A stretch of 64,000 nucleotides of DNA from Acidobacteriota bacterium (GCA_016211105.1 JACQSX010000010.1:212913-276912), one strand, 5' to 3'. Shown: positions 30,408 to 40,245, counted from the stretch's first letter. Translations and numbers: made by a program. The notes: a model not told the origin generated them from the sequence alone.

Positions 30408-32715
30408 ATCTCACCCAGGCCGATGGCTGGTCGACCACCTCGTCGATGTCGCGGGCCGCCTGCGGACTCGCAAAAGGTCGGTTCCGTGGCTTCCGCTCGC
30501 CGGGCTGTTTCACGACGTAGGGAAGGGCACCAGTTTCTTCCAAGCTCATCTTCACGGCCAGAAAGCACCGCAGGATCTGAAACGTCACGCGCAACTTGGG
30601 GCAGTGTGGCTGCTCTCTTACTTTCAGGGAAAAATTGGTCAGGAACTGTGCCCGGCGATCGAAGATTTAGCCTTAGCGCATCTTTTTGTGAACAGGCATC
30701 ATGGTCGGTTGGACGACCTCGTGGACACGCTCAACAATGGGGACGCAAAGGATCTCGATCGGTTCAAGCGGCAGCTGGTCTCAATGGACTGCGAGGGTGT
30801 TCGGCGATGGCTCGAAACAGAATTGGGTGAAACGATTCCTCTTCCCGAGCCGACTCAAAACTTGATCGCACTACGTGTCCAGCTACTGAAGGCACTCAAA
30901 ACTGGGAGATCAGACGTTGAAGCGATGGGGCGATTCCAAACAGCGCTCGCCTGCTTCGGCTCTTTGATCGAATCTGACAGAGACTCGGCCGCTGGTTTCT
31001 CTCCAGGAACATTTGAAGTGAAGCAGCAATGCGCCAGCAAGTACATTGCTCAGTTCCGAGCCTCCGGAGATTTTGGATCCGTCGCCGACACTAGTGTTTC
31101 GGCTGCTCGGGAGATGGTGTTTCAAAGCGCGGTCGCACAAGTCCTCGCTCACCCCGCAAACAATGGCCGTCTGTGGAGCCTCACCGTGCCGACGGGCGCA
31201 GGTAAGACACTGGCCGCGGTTGGTTGGGCTGTGGGGCGCCGGGAAGCACGCGTTGCAGCCGGCCTGCCACACTGTCCCATCATCTACGCTCTACCCTTCA
31301 CCAGCATCATTGATCAGAACGCGGCCGTAGTCCGCAAATTATGGTCCGAAGCGAAAATGGATGAAAGTTTGCTGGCCATCCACCATCATCTCTCTGAACT
31401 CGGAGATCTGGCCCAAGCTGGGGAGGAGTCGCTTGCACGAAGCTGGGTCGAGGGCTGGCGTGCCGATATCGTTTGTACCACGTTCGTTCAGGTGGCGAAC
31501 GCACTATTTCACGGCACTTGTGCTGACGCTCGTCGCTTTTCTAATCTTGCCGGTTCCATTCTCATTTTGGACGAGGTGCAGGCCATTCCTGCGGAATTGT
31601 GGCCGGTTTTCCGCGTCGCTTTAAAATCGCTATCTGAGAACTTTGGAACCGATATCCTTCTAGTAACAGCTACGCAGCCAGCGCTCTTCACCGAATCTGA
31701 CAAGACTGAAATCGGTCCACAGGGTTTTCCTCCGGCTATCGGTGCGGCATTCGATCGCTATGATCTGAAAGTGGAGATCGGCGCTTCTCTCAGCACGGAT
31801 GCACTTGAAACGCGCATTCGCGACGAACTACGGGGACACGCAACCAACTCGTGCCTGGTAGTCCTCAATACAGTCCAGGAGTCACTGGACCTCTACAATC
31901 TGCTTTCACAGTCGGACCTATTTCGGCAATACCGGCTGTTTCACCTGTCAACGAATCTCCGTCCCAAAGATCGCCGCCGGATACTTCGCAGAATCTCCGA
32001 GTGCTCACAGCCTCACATGCTTGTTGCAACGCAAGTGGTCGAAGCCGGAGTGGACCTTTCGTTTGACTTGGTTTTCCGGGCACTCGCGCCATTGGACTCG
32101 ATCATCCAGGCCGCCGGACGTTGCAACCGTCACGGCATCGGCCAACGGGGACGCGTCATCGTCGTAAACCCTGCGGGAAACAGTTGCCTCTACATCTATG
32201 GAAAGCTTCACATCGACGTTGCAAGAAGGCTGCTCGGGAAGGTAACCGCCGATTCTGCGGATGATTGGATCGCTGAACCTGATCTGCCGGGGTTAGTTAC
32301 TCAGTATTTCGACACCCTGAATGATGCGATTCAGCGAGATTCCGCAGCAAAGATAATGGAAGCTGTGCATCAATTCCAATTCGCCGCATTACGAGGGGAA
32401 GGGGAAGACAAAGATCGCAAGGACAAATGCATTCAGCTGATCGAGGACCAAGCTGATCGAGTTCCACACTTCATCGAAACAGACGACTCTGACGTGCAGC
32501 TCTGGAAAAACCTACTGATGGCCTTTTCAGTGACAGATCCTCACCGCCGGCGCCGCCAACTCCGGGCTTTGCGCAACGAGGTCGGTCAGCGAATCGTGGA
32601 AGTCCCGCGCAGGTTTGGATTGGGAACACCCGACGACCACTGGCTGGTCCATGTTCCAATTGCATCGTCGAGCGAATGCTACGACCCGGATACTGGCTGG
32701 ATTCGAAAACAATGA
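30382..32715 (+). CDS. cas3: Cas3 (HD nuclease + SF2 helicase)
   Basis: HD motif LFHDVGKG; Walker A LTVPTGAGKTLAAV; DExH-like ILDEVQAIP. Confidence 0.85.
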   Translation: MTLAFQQCESHPGRWLVDHLVDVAGRLRTRKRSVPWLPLAGLFHDVGKGTSFFQAHLHGQKAPQDLKRHAQLGAVWLLSYFQGKIGQELCPAIEDLALAHLFVNRHHGRLDDLVDTLNNGDAKDLDRFKRQLVSMDCEGVRRWLETELGETIPLPEPTQNLIALRVQLLKALKTGRSDVEAMGRFQTALACFGSLIESDRDSAAGFSPGTFEVKQQCASKYIAQFRASGDFGSVADTSVSAAREMVFQSAVAQVLAHPANNGRLWSLTVPTGAGKTLAAVGWAVGRREARVAAGLPHCPIIYALPFTSIIDQNAAVVRKLWSEAKMDESLLAIHHHLSELGDLAQAGEESLARSWVEGWRADIVCTTFVQVANALFHGTCADARRFSNLAGSILILDEVQAIPAELWPVFRVALKSLSENFGTDILLVTATQPALFTESDKTEIGPQGFPPAIGAAFDRYDLKVEIGASLSTDALETRIRDELRGHATNSCLVVLNTVQESLDLYNLLSQSDLFRQYRLFHLSTNLRPKDRRRILRRISECSQPHMLVATQVVEAGVDLSFDLVFRALAPLDSIIQAAGRCNRHGIGQRGRVIVVNPAGNSCLYIYGKLHIDVARRLLGKVTADSADDWIAEPDLPGLVTQYFDTLNDAIQRDSAAKIMEAVHQFQFAALRGEGEDKDRKDKCIQLIEDQADRVPHFIETDDSDVQLWKNLLMAFSVTDPHRRRRQLRALRNEVGQRIVEVPRRFGLGTPDDHWLVHVPIASSSECYDPDTGWIRKQ

Positions 32716-33458
32716 GTCTCGCAAGATCAGTTACGACTTTTCAGAACGCTGGCGGTCAAATTGTTCGCTTTACCTTTGCGGCCAGAAAACCTCCATTAGG
32801 TACGACGGTAGTGGTTGCCGAAGCCTTTCGCGCAGCCGTGCTGTCCGCATTGCACGCAACCACGGGAAACAAAGAATCCTTCCTCCTCTCCGGCCATCAC
32901 GAGGATGGCACTCCCGACAAGGAGCACCGCCACGCGTATTACTTACCACAGCCGAGTTATGGCGGGTCCCTCGCGGAAATCCTAATTGTGAGTCCGAGGC
33001 ATCGATTCTCTCCAGACGAATTGGCGGCGATGCAGATTGTGAAACGGTTGCGATGGAATGGCCCAAGCACACGAGTTCATCTGGAACTAGTAGACGGCGA
33101 TGACCACTCCGCAGTTCAGCTTGCAGCCGCGTGGACAAGTCTTACCCCTTACGTACCAGTTCGCCGCTTCTGGGGCACACACGGCAAGCATCACCTCACG
33201 CCGGAACGTCAACTAGCGAAAGAGTTGGAAAACCTGTCGTTCGGTGGATCGATCGTGAGCCTTGTTGTTGAGCCGTGGCAAGAAATCCGCGTGCGAGTTG
33301 CAAATAAGGGCGGTGAACGTGGTTTGACTTTATCGCGGCGAACCGGGTTTCGAGCGGTCTTTCGAACAGCTGAACCAATTTGTGGCCCTATCGCATTGGG
33401 CCATTCATGCCACTTCGGCCTTGGGCAATTCGTGCCGCTGGCCGATACGTCTCGCTGA
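32712..33458 (+). CDS. cas6: Cas6-like RAMP (putative crRNA endonuclease), coupled to the cas3 stop (ATGA)
   Basis: C-terminal glycine-rich loop GPIALGHSCHFGLGQFVP resembles the Cas6e G-loop. It is the last gene of the interference operon. Assignment is tentative. Confidence 0.4.
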   Translation: MSLARSVTTFQNAGGQIVRFTFAARKPPLGTTVVVAEAFRAAVLSALHATTGNKESFLLSGHHEDGTPDKEHRHAYYLPQPSYGGSLAEILIVSPRHRFSPDELAAMQIVKRLRWNGPSTRVHLELVDGDDHSAVQLAAAWTSLTPYVPVRRFWGTHGKHHLTPERQLAKELENLSFGGSIVSLVVEPWQEIRVRVANKGGERGLTLSRRTGFRAVFRTAEPICGPIALGHSCHFGLGQFVPLADTSR

Positions 33459-33467
33459 TGTCCCCAC

Positions 33468-33812
33468 ATGATCCCTAGCTTTCGCTACGCAATCGATACA
33501 GCGGCGATACATGGCCCCGTCTTGCCGCCGCTGACCGATACGTTGCTGGTAGCAGACAAGTTCCGCGCGGCGGCGATCGCCATCCACGAGAAGGTGGCCG
33601 ATCGCAACGGGAGGCACCACCCGCGAAACCTGTGCGGCCACGAAGAAAACGGCGATCCCTGCCAGGGACACGAACATGCCTTCTTCTGGCCCACCGACGA
33701 GGACAACGACGGCTTCATCGATCACGTGACCGTTTCCTGTTCCGGCCGCGGGGGACGCGGATTTGAGCAAAGCGAAATCGATGCCTTGCGTCGTCTGCTG
33801 CGCATCAAGTAG
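33468..33812 (+). CDS. paralogous fragment of the cas6-like family (N-terminal part, 114 aa)
   Basis: FRAAAIAIHEKVADRNGRHHPRNLCGHEENGDPCQGHEHAFFWP parallels AEAFRAAVLSALHATTGNKESFLLSGHHEDGTPDKEHRHAYYLP of the gene at 32712; it stops early. Confidence 0.4.
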   Translation: MIPSFRYAIDTAAIHGPVLPPLTDTLLVADKFRAAAIAIHEKVADRNGRHHPRNLCGHEENGDPCQGHEHAFFWPTDEDNDGFIDHVTVSCSGRGGRGFEQSEIDALRRLLRIK

Positions 33813-33923
33813 CCTGGCGGCCGGCCGGATTTGCTTGTCACGCCGGTGTTAGCCTGACACCCAGTACCAGTGGTCCGAAATCCACGAGCGTTTATGTCGG
33901 CAGTAATATAGAATTGCTGCGAG

Positions 33924-34160
33924 ATGCCGACCGTTCTGCGGGCTCGCTCTTATCGCTTTTTCTTTGCCTCGGCGGATCGAAATGAGCCTCCACATATTCA
34001 CGTGAGGCGCGGAAGGATGGTCGCCAAGTTCTGGTTAGAGCCTGTTGTGCTGGCGCGCGCAGGAGGTTTCAGCCGGCTAGAACTCAACACGATTGCGAAG
34101 CTTGTTGAGGCGCATCGTGATGAATTTCTGGAGAGTTGGAATGAGTTCTTCGGACGTTGA
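33924..34160 (+). CDS. DUF4160 domain protein
   Basis: NEPPHIHVRRG...AKFWLEPVVLA is the DUF4160 signature. Confidence 0.7.
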   Translation: MPTVLRARSYRFFFASADRNEPPHIHVRRGRMVAKFWLEPVVLARAGGFSRLELNTIAKLVEAHRDEFLESWNEFFGR

Positions 34161-34479
34161 AATTCAAGAAGCGCGGGCTCAAGCGGTCAAGGTAACCGAT
34201 GAAGCCCTGGTCGTTGACCTGGTCGACGGTCGAATAGTAATCGTCCCTCTGGTTTGGTTTCCTCGGCTTTGGCACGGTACGTCAAAAGAGCGGAATCGCT
34301 TTGAAATATTCGGCGATGGAGCGTATATCCACTGGCCGGATCTGGACGAGGATTTAACTGTGGCGAGTCTCCTTACGGGGAGGCAGTCGGGCGAAAGTCC
34401 AAAGTCCCTAAAGAAATGGTTGGCCGCTCGGAAGTCAAAAGTCAGAGAGGTCACGAAGCGCCGGCTGACCGGGCGATGA
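34141..34479 (+). CDS. DUF2442 domain protein (partner of DUF4160)
   Basis: VDLVDGRIVIVPLVWFPRL...GAYIHWPDLDEDL matches DUF2442; overlaps the upstream gene by 20 nt. Confidence 0.7.
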   Translation: MSSSDVEIQEARAQAVKVTDEALVVDLVDGRIVIVPLVWFPRLWHGTSKERNRFEIFGDGAYIHWPDLDEDLTVASLLTGRQSGESPKSLKKWLAARKSKVREVTKRRLTGR

Positions 34480-34643
34480 GCCCAGCGCCGGTGCGCATGC
34501 TTCGCCTGCCACCAACTTATCACTCACCCAGCCCTCAGAGAACCGGTGAATCTCCAAGAGGTGAGAGGTGACGCTAAACCTTACCGGATCCGTCAATTCC
34601 TGCGGCTGGTGGAGCGATATAATCTTAAGCTAGAGGACAAGCA

Positions 34644-34865
34644 ATGAGCGACTATCACATCGACATTTTCGTCAGTGAAGAAGACGGCGGATACATTGCT
34701 GATATCCCAGATTTGGAAGCATGCTCGGCATCCGGGGCAACGCCGCAAGAAGCATTGGCCCAACTTGAGCTTGCCAAGAAGGCCTGGCTCGATGCAGCTC
34801 GCCAGGAAGGCAAGCCAATTCCGCAACCTCGGTACCGGCCACTTATTTACCAAGCCCGAGGCTGA
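34644..34865 (+). CDS. hicB: HicB-family antitoxin (UPF0150), orphan
   Basis: YIADIPDLEACSASGATPQEALAQLELA has the HicB-like fold pattern. Confidence 0.55.
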   Translation: MSDYHIDIFVSEEDGGYIADIPDLEACSASGATPQEALAQLELAKKAWLDAARQEGKPIPQPRYRPLIYQARG

Positions 34866-34889
34866 GTACGCTTGGCGTAGAATACCAAG

Positions 34890-35117
34890 ATGCAATTTGA
34901 GGAACGAGTTACCATTTCGCCAGGGGTTCGAGGAGGAAAACCGTGTATCCGGGGAACCCGGATCACCGTTTATGACATCCTCGAATATCTTGCCGGCGGG
35001 ATGACCGAAGATCAAATCCTGAACGATTTTCCGAGCTTAACGCGAGAAGACATCCGGGCCTCCTTGGCGTTTGCCGCCGTGCGCGAACGCCGTTTGGCCG
35101 CCGGCCCAGTCAAGTGA
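34890..35117 (+). CDS. DUF433 domain protein (antitoxin-like)
   Basis: TISPGVRGGKPCIRGTRITVYDILEY matches DUF433. Confidence 0.7.
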   Translation: MQFEERVTISPGVRGGKPCIRGTRITVYDILEYLAGGMTEDQILNDFPSLTREDIRASLAFAAVRERRLAAGPVK

Positions 35118-35285
35118 GCCTCCTGTTTGATGAGAACCTGAGCCCTCGGCTCGTTAAGATGTTGGAGTCCCTCTTTCCGCACAGCCAACATGTTGAGAGC
35201 GTTGGGCTGAGGGGGCGAAACGGATTTGGTGATCTGGAACTACGCTCGCGAACACCGGCTATCAATCCTCTCGAAGGAGTTCAAG
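35114..35285 (+). pseudogene. DUF5615 (PIN-like) gene, frameshifted
   Basis: MSLLFDENLSPRLVKMLESL... then the expected continuation IWNYAREHRLSIL appears in a different frame (ORF 35226). Confidence 0.45.
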
Positions 35286-35645
35286 ATGCCACGAAAACGG
35301 AGAGCGGACTCCTCAAATTGGACAGCAAAGCTGGACGAACAGCAAGTGCAAGAAGCACTGGATGATGCTCTCGTTGATGCCTATGGTGACTACGAGCAGC
35401 ACTCAGGGCTCTTGACGATGATCGAGGAGCAACTGCGATTTCCCTTCCAAGCCAGGGTGTTGGGGGATGTCGTCACTGTGGTCGGCATGGAATGGCCGGA
35501 GGACGATGAGTTCGGGCTCAACTTGGTTTGCGAGCGGAGCGGCCAACGGCATCGGATCGAAGCACGATCGGTCGATCTGCTGCCGCCGCTGCCTGACGGG
35601 CATCTGTACCTCGCTGCGTATTTGGAGTGGAAACGATATCTGTAG
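35286..35645 (+). CDS. conserved hypothetical protein, copy 1 of a duplicated gene (see 39940)
   Basis: DAYGDYEQHSGLLTMIEEQLRFPFQARVLGDVVTVVGMEWPEDDEFGL...AAYLEWKRYL is about 85% identical to the 39940 copy. Confidence 0.4.
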   Translation: MPRKRRADSSNWTAKLDEQQVQEALDDALVDAYGDYEQHSGLLTMIEEQLRFPFQARVLGDVVTVVGMEWPEDDEFGLNLVCERSGQRHRIEARSVDLLPPLPDGHLYLAAYLEWKRYL

Positions 35646-35741
35646 CCGCGTAGCCCCCGGAGAGTCCACTGTCAGTGACACAGCCGGCAACACAACAACT
35701 GTTGACTTGGAGTAAAGGTGCCAATCATCTAAAATCAGCAA

Positions 35742-36023
35742 GTGAACCTTCGGTTCTACCTCGATCCGGGAACCGGGCAGCCGCATATTCATCGGCATGG
35801 GGTAGATGAGATCGAGGTGGAAGACGTTCTCGCCCGACCGATGGAAGATCGTCCGGGACGAGAAGGCACACGGGTGGCGGTAGGCCAGAGTCGAGGCGGT
35901 CGCTACCTGCGGGTCATTTATGTACCTGATCCGGTACCGGATTCGGCCTTTGTAATCACGGCCTATGAGCTTGGGCCGAAGGCCATGAAGGCGCTACGGC
36001 GGCGCCAGCGAAGAAAGCCATGA
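35742..36023 (+). CDS. BrnT-like (DUF497) toxin
   Basis: HRHGVDEIEVEDVL...GRYLRVIYVPD...FVITAYEL matches the BrnT pattern KHGV.F.EA...GR.L.VVYT...IRIISAR. Confidence 0.45.
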   Translation: MNLRFYLDPGTGQPHIHRHGVDEIEVEDVLARPMEDRPGREGTRVAVGQSRGGRYLRVIYVPDPVPDSAFVITAYELGPKAMKALRRRQRRKP

Positions 36024-36220
36024 AGCAAAGTAATTTTCCCCCGGGTTGGGACGAGGAACGCGTTCAACGTGTGCTCGAACACTACGAAAGGCAGTCCGAT
36101 GAAGAGTCTGTGGCCGAAGATGAGGCTGCCTATGAATCGACCACTCACACGACAATGGAAGTGCCGGTCGAACTAGTGGCGGCGGTTCGCGAGTTGATTG
36201 CGAAGCGCCGGGTGGGGTGA
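36020..36220 (+). CDS. putative BrnA-like antitoxin partner
   Basis: Small acidic protein with a C-terminal RHH-like segment TTMEVPVELVAAVRELIAKRR; overlaps the BrnT stop. Confidence 0.3.
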   Translation: MKQSNFPPGWDEERVQRVLEHYERQSDEESVAEDEAAYESTTHTTMEVPVELVAAVRELIAKRRVG

Positions 36221-36407
36221 ATTCCTCCGCAGCTTCCCTCCCATCCCTACACGGTCGATGAAGCAAGACTGAAAAAGCTCGTCAAGACCGCAGCCGAGGA
36301 TGCTCGAAAGCTGGACGACGTGAGAGAAGCTCTGCGCCGTGGCGATCTCAAAGCCGCGGCGAAACTGGGTCGCATTTTTCGCCTGACGCCAATCAATTAG
36401 TCGCGGA

Positions 36408-36659
36408 ATGCCAAAAAAACCTGTCACCCGCTTTTCGCCCGCAGTCGAACTAAATCTTTGGTGGCGATCCATGTTTTGGGATTTTTACAGGGTGGAAGGC
36501 AGGACGGTTTGGATCGTTGCCGTCTGGCATAGAGCTCAAGTTCTCCCGGGGCGGCCGAGCCCGATCCGTCCCGGCATCGGCGCCCAGTGCGACTTCGGGC
36601 TCGATCTGTTTCTGCCCGCGAGGACTCATAGGAGCGAAGAAACAGAGAATAAGCGGTGA
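36408..36659 (+). CDS. ParE/RelE-family toxin-like protein
   Basis: WDFYRVEGRTVWIVAVWHRAQ matches the ParE C-terminal motif Y.I.YRV...V.I.RV.H. Confidence 0.4.
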   Translation: MPKKPVTRFSPAVELNLWWRSMFWDFYRVEGRTVWIVAVWHRAQVLPGRPSPIRPGIGAQCDFGLDLFLPARTHRSEETENKR

Positions 36660-36669
36660 CGGCGGGTAG

Positions 36670-37020
36670 CCTCGGCACATCCACGTGCCCGCTTTCATGC
36701 TTCGCTCGGAACGAAATTGGATTCAGGCCCAGGCGTGACATAAACTAAGCTGTGTCATACAGGGTGACTGCGTGAAAGTTCGGGAGGTGGTTCAGATGCT
36801 GGAAGCAGATGGTTGGCGCCTCGGTTCCGGATCTCCCCGGGTGCGTTGCAACCGGAAAGACTATTGATGTTGCTCTTCAAAGAATCCAGAAGGCGATCAC
36901 GTTGCACCTTGAAGGGATGCGGCAAGATGGAATGAAGCCCCCGCGCCTTCGTGTGGTCACTCCACGCAGAACCTCACAGCACGTTTTTTTCTATGCCACA
37001 GTCGAAGTGGCAGCCTGACC
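36670..37020 (+). repeat. copy A of a duplicated hicA'-hicB segment; paired with 41410-41945
   Basis: High identity to 41410-41945, including the hicA start region and the hicB C-terminus. Confidence 0.6.
36809..37018 (+). pseudogene. hicB: hicB, N-terminally deleted copy
   Basis: VPDLPGCVATGKTIDVALQRIQKAITLHLEGMRQDGMKPP; it lacks the MRKLQYLVRINKD N-terminus present in the 41682 copy. Confidence 0.5.
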
Positions 37021-37072
37021 AAGCCCTACCGTGTACAAATTCTCGGCTATTGGCGAAAGGGGAAACGAATCT

Positions 37073-37249
37073 ATGAGCGCGAAAATCAGATACACCGATG
37101 AACCTCTGGGAAAACTCGGAATAGTTCCTGATTTTCTACCTCCGCCGGAGGAGCTTGTCTTCCGCGAGGATGCGGTCAAGGTTACCATTGCTTTGAGCAC
37201 GCGCAGCGTCGAATTCTTCAAGCGCGAGGCTGCCAAGTACAACACCTAG
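37073..37249 (+). CDS. BrnA/DUF4415-like antitoxin remnant
   Basis: ...AVKVTIALSTRSVEFFKREAAKYNT stops just before an expected YQ... motif (TAG then YQP in frame). Confidence 0.35.
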   Translation: MSAKIRYTDEPLGKLGIVPDFLPPPEELVFREDAVKVTIALSTRSVEFFKREAAKYNT

Positions 37250-37267
37250 TATCAGCCCGCGTCCAGG

Positions 37268-37863
37268 GACATCAGCACGCCTTCTTCTGGCCAACCGATG
37301 AAGACAACGACGGCTTGATCGATCATGTCACGGTTTACTGTCGTGGCCGATTCGAGACGAGCGAGATCGATGCCCTGCGGCGGTTGCTGCGCATCCGCCA
37401 GCGCGGGGGGCGGCCGGACCTGTTGGTGACTCCGACATTTGTTGGTCGAGAGACGGAGTTCTCGCCATGGCAGACCAAGAGCGGTGAAGAGCCACCGCGC
37501 AGGTTCGTTTCCGCCACGCCCTATTTCTGCCCGGTACATCTATCACACGGCAAAAAGAGCGGCGGGCAAGCCCGATCCATCCGGGCCGAGATCATTAAGG
37601 GCCTAGTGCAGCAAGCAATCGTAACGGACGAATCGGACGTGGAAGCCGTTGAGGAATTGGTTTTCGACTACGCACCGGACGAATTCGCCGTGGTGCGGCA
37701 ACAAGTAGACGCCCGCCAGTTGCGCGAGCCGGTGCCGCCCCGCCAGTATTTCCCGGTGATTGATCCACCGGCAAACTTTCCGCCGCTTCCGCGGCTGAAC
37801 GATTTATCGGACCCGCGCTCCACCAACGTGCTGCTGAAAAACCCGGATGCCGATCCGGGCTAG
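37268..37863 (+). pseudogene. C-terminal fragment of a second cas6-like paralogue (no start codon)
   Basis: Begins QHAFFWPTDEDNDGLIDHVTVYCRG...IDALRRLLRI, overlapping homologously with the end of the 33468 fragment, then continues TPYFCPVHLSHGKK... Confidence 0.4.
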
Positions 37864-38045
37864 TCCTGCGGCCTGGAACGTAGGAAGAAATCAGAGCCGC
37901 GACTGCAAGGGAGTTCCCATGGGCCTGCGGCCCACCAATAGAGATGAAGACGCTATCGGCTAGCCTTGTAGAATCAACTGTTTTCCAGCGGGTCTTCAAC
38001 GGAACGGACCCGCGATCGATCAAGTCACAGAGTGGTCAGATTTGT

Positions 38046-38133
38046 ACGTAGGAGTGTCCGCTTGCTTACGCGCGCGGCTCGGATTTTTTCCCATGTTCTT
38101 GTCGGTCGAAAGCGAGCGCCAGCCAGAAATTGA
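38046..38133 (-). pseudogene. vapC: vapC (PIN) N-terminal stub, terminated within a 28-nt repeat
   Basis: Minus strand MRKMHLPDINFWLALAFDRQEHGKKSEPRA*; LPDINFWLALAFD..EH is a PIN N-terminus. Its last codons lie in the repeat at 38056-38083. Confidence 0.3.
38056..38083 (+). repeat. 28-nt sequence GTCCGCTTGCTTACGCGCGCGGCTCGGA, copy 1
   Basis: Exact 28-mer shared with 63288-63315, in the same orientation. Confidence 0.6.
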
Positions 38134-38135
38134 TA

Positions 38136-38366
38136 TCAGGAAGATGCATCTTCCTCATCCAATATGTCGCCGATCATCTCGTTCGTCAGACCGATGCTAC
38201 CGGGCGCGGATGAAGGAACCAGAGGAAACTCCACCTGCTTCTGGTTCTTGGCGACTCGAATCACCGGACTTGTTCGTAGCGTCACCGTCACCGCCGCCCC
38301 TTCGGGCAACGACGCCGAGCCGTCGAGCACCACAACACCGTTTTGAACTCGTCCTGAAACTTCCAT
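38136..38366 (-). CDS. DUF104-like (AbrB-fold) antitoxin
   Basis: MEVSGRVQNGVVVLDGSASLPEGAAVTVTL is the same family as the gene at 25186. The longer ORF-track model is rejected. Confidence 0.5.
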   Translation of the reverse strand: MEVSGRVQNGVVVLDGSASLPEGAAVTVTLRTSPVIRVAKNQKQVEFPLVPSSAPGSIGLTNEMIGDILDEEDASS

Positions 38367-38430
38367 GCAAGAATTATCGTGCGATTTCGGACCACAGTCA
38401 ACATTTGGGCGAGCGCGAGGGATACGCAGC

Positions 38431-38844
38431 ATGAACGACAGGGAGCCCGACATCAGAGTCCCCGTCGACCTGACCAACCCCGGCCAGTTTTTCGCCTGCT
38501 GCGGCCTACTGGAACTCGCCGACCGCCTCTGGCCCGGCGCGCAGGCGTGGTTTGACCGGAGAGGATTCTGCCTGAGATGTGATGGTAACTTGCGAACTCT
38601 CGTGGCCTGCTTGATTCTTGATCCGCCGCAACAGCGGTCGTTCATCTGCGGGACTTTGCCCGTTAAGCCCATCGTGGCGACCCAGGCTTGGAGATTTCTT
38701 TCTCTGTGCAACTGCGCTAAGAAAGCGACGCAAGCCGCAAAATCGGCCAGCAGAGAAAATGAAGCGCTTTTCATTCTGCGTCCTTGTCTCTCGCTCAAAT
38801 CCACGCTGCCCTGGCTTACTCCTACGACCATCAGGCCGAAATAG
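38431..38844 (+). CDS. hypothetical protein, possibly a fragment of a cas gene
   Basis: MNDREPDIRVPVDLTNPGQFFACCGLLELADRLWPGA... resembles Cas8/Csx17-type N-termini only vaguely. Confidence 0.2.
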   Translation: MNDREPDIRVPVDLTNPGQFFACCGLLELADRLWPGAQAWFDRRGFCLRCDGNLRTLVACLILDPPQQRSFICGTLPVKPIVATQAWRFLSLCNCAKKATQAAKSASRENEALFILRPCLSLKSTLPWLTPTTIRPK

Positions 38845-38945
38845 ACGCCCAGATCAACCGTCAACTGGCCGAGTTTGATCAGCTTCGAACAGAGTCGTTG
38901 AACTCCCCGGGGCGGCAGAGATTGCGGACACTGGGAAAGCTAGGG

Positions 38946-39108
38946 TGAGTGCCCGGCTGTACATGGACGTGCACGTTCGCTGGGCCATAACTGACGGCCT
39001 GCGGAGGCGGGGTATCGATGTATTGACCGTTCAAGAGGACGGCGCTCAGCAACTTGATGATCCAGCACTTCTTGATCGCGCCATGGAACTCGGTCCGCGG
39101 CAAAAATA
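38946..39108 (+). pseudogene. DUF5615 (PIN-like) N-terminal fragment
   Basis: ARLYMDVHVRWAITDGLRRRGIDVLTVQEDGAQQLDDPALLDRAMELG matches the DUF5615 N-terminal half and stops early. Confidence 0.35.
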
Positions 39109-39204
39109 AAACTTCAGGGCCACAAGGCGACGCGATAGGGGACACCTGGCGACAGCGCGCTTAAACCTTTGACTTCAGGCCGGCTGTGCGTCATGATGTT
39201 AGAC

Positions 39205-39453
39205 ATGAAAGCGGCCACAGTGAGGCAGATTCAACATCACTTAAGTGACGTCCTGAAAAAGGTGGAAGATGGCGAGGAGGTATTGATTACGAAACGCGGC
39301 CGAGCAATTGCCAAAATTGTTCCTGCTCGGAATCAACGTGAACCGATTAATTGGCCGGACTTCATCGGACGCTCAAGGCAGATTTGGCCAAACAGGGTTA
39401 AGGGCAAGTCCATCAGCTCCATTATTATTGAAGAGCGCAAAGACCGGGTGTGA
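39205..39453 (+). CDS. Phd/YefM-family antitoxin
   Basis: MKAATVRQIQHHLSDVLKKVEDGEEVLITKRGRAIAKIVP. Confidence 0.6.
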   Translation: MKAATVRQIQHHLSDVLKKVEDGEEVLITKRGRAIAKIVPARNQREPINWPDFIGRSRQIWPNRVKGKSISSIIIEERKDRV

Positions 39454-39887
39454 CGGCCTACCTGGATTCGAGCGCGTTGATCAAACTCTACGTCACAGAG
39501 GCGGGATCGATCAAAGTAGCAGAGTACGTAAGAAGCTTAACGAAGCCGCTCCCATTTTCTCACCTTCACGAGATCGAGCTCAAGAACGCACTTCGATTGA
39601 AATACTTTCGGCAAGAGGCGCCCCGCCGCACGGTCGAGGCTTCTATTCGCTTAATTGACAACGATCTGGCGTCTGGGATTTTGGTAAGGCCGAACTTACA
39701 CTGGGTAGATGTGTTTCGCAAAGCGGAGGAATTATCTCAAAGGCATTCCCCGCATATCGGTTGCCGATCTCTTGACCTGTTACATGTCGCATGCGCCGTT
39801 TTGCTCCCTGCAGGGGATTTGCTGACCTTTGATGCTCGTCAAGCAAGTCTGGCCCTTCGTGCCGGTTTAAAAGTACTCTCAGTTTAG
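39450..39887 (+). CDS. vapC: VapC PIN-domain toxin
   Basis: MTAYLDSSALIKLYV... a PIN N-terminal D with later acidic residues; 4-bp overlap with the antitoxin. Confidence 0.75.
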   Translation: MTAYLDSSALIKLYVTEAGSIKVAEYVRSLTKPLPFSHLHEIELKNALRLKYFRQEAPRRTVEASIRLIDNDLASGILVRPNLHWVDVFRKAEELSQRHSPHIGCRSLDLLHVACAVLLPAGDLLTFDARQASLALRAGLKVLSV

Positions 39888-39939
39888 CTCGCCTTTATTT
39901 TGTGTTCGTTGGATTTTAGGGTTTCGCGCCGAAGCTGCA

Positions 39940-40245
39940 GTGATCGCGCCACCGTCACTGCGGTATCAAATTACTGATGCCTATGGCGAGCATGAGGAGC
40001 ACTCAGGCCTGTTGACGATGATCGAGGATCAATTGCGATTTCCCTTCCACGCCAAAGTGTTGGGGGATGTGGTCACTGTGGTCGGCATGGAATGGCCGGA
40101 GGACGATGAGTTCGGACTCGACTGTGTGTGCGAGCGGAATGGCCAGCGGCATCGGGTGGAAGCACGTTCGGTCGATCTGATCCGGCCGCTGCCTGAGGGT
40201 CATCTGTATCTCGCCGCATATTTGGAGTGGAAACGACATCTGTAG
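39940..40245 (+). CDS. conserved hypothetical protein, copy 2 of the duplicated gene
   Basis: TDAYGEHEEHSGLLTMIEDQLRFPFHAKVLGDVVTVVGMEWPEDDEFGL...AAYLEWKRHL. The duplication extends about 75 bp past the stop (40246-40320 versus 35646-35720). Confidence 0.4.
   Translation: MIAPPSLRYQITDAYGEHEEHSGLLTMIEDQLRFPFHAKVLGDVVTVVGMEWPEDDEFGLDCVCERNGQRHRVEARSVDLIRPLPEGHLYLAAYLEWKRHL

Noticed and set aside
36237-36400. Possible ParD-like antitoxin upstream of the ParE-like gene (...RGDLKAAAKLGRIFRLTPIN)
   Set aside because: The reading frame has no start codon back to the preceding stop at 36226. At best it is a C-terminal remnant.
38136-38864. 242-aa minus-strand ORF
   Set aside because: Only the last 76 codons (from MEVSGRVQNGVVV) look like a real DUF104-type antitoxin. 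The upstream 166 codons run antisense through another ORF and carry no motif.
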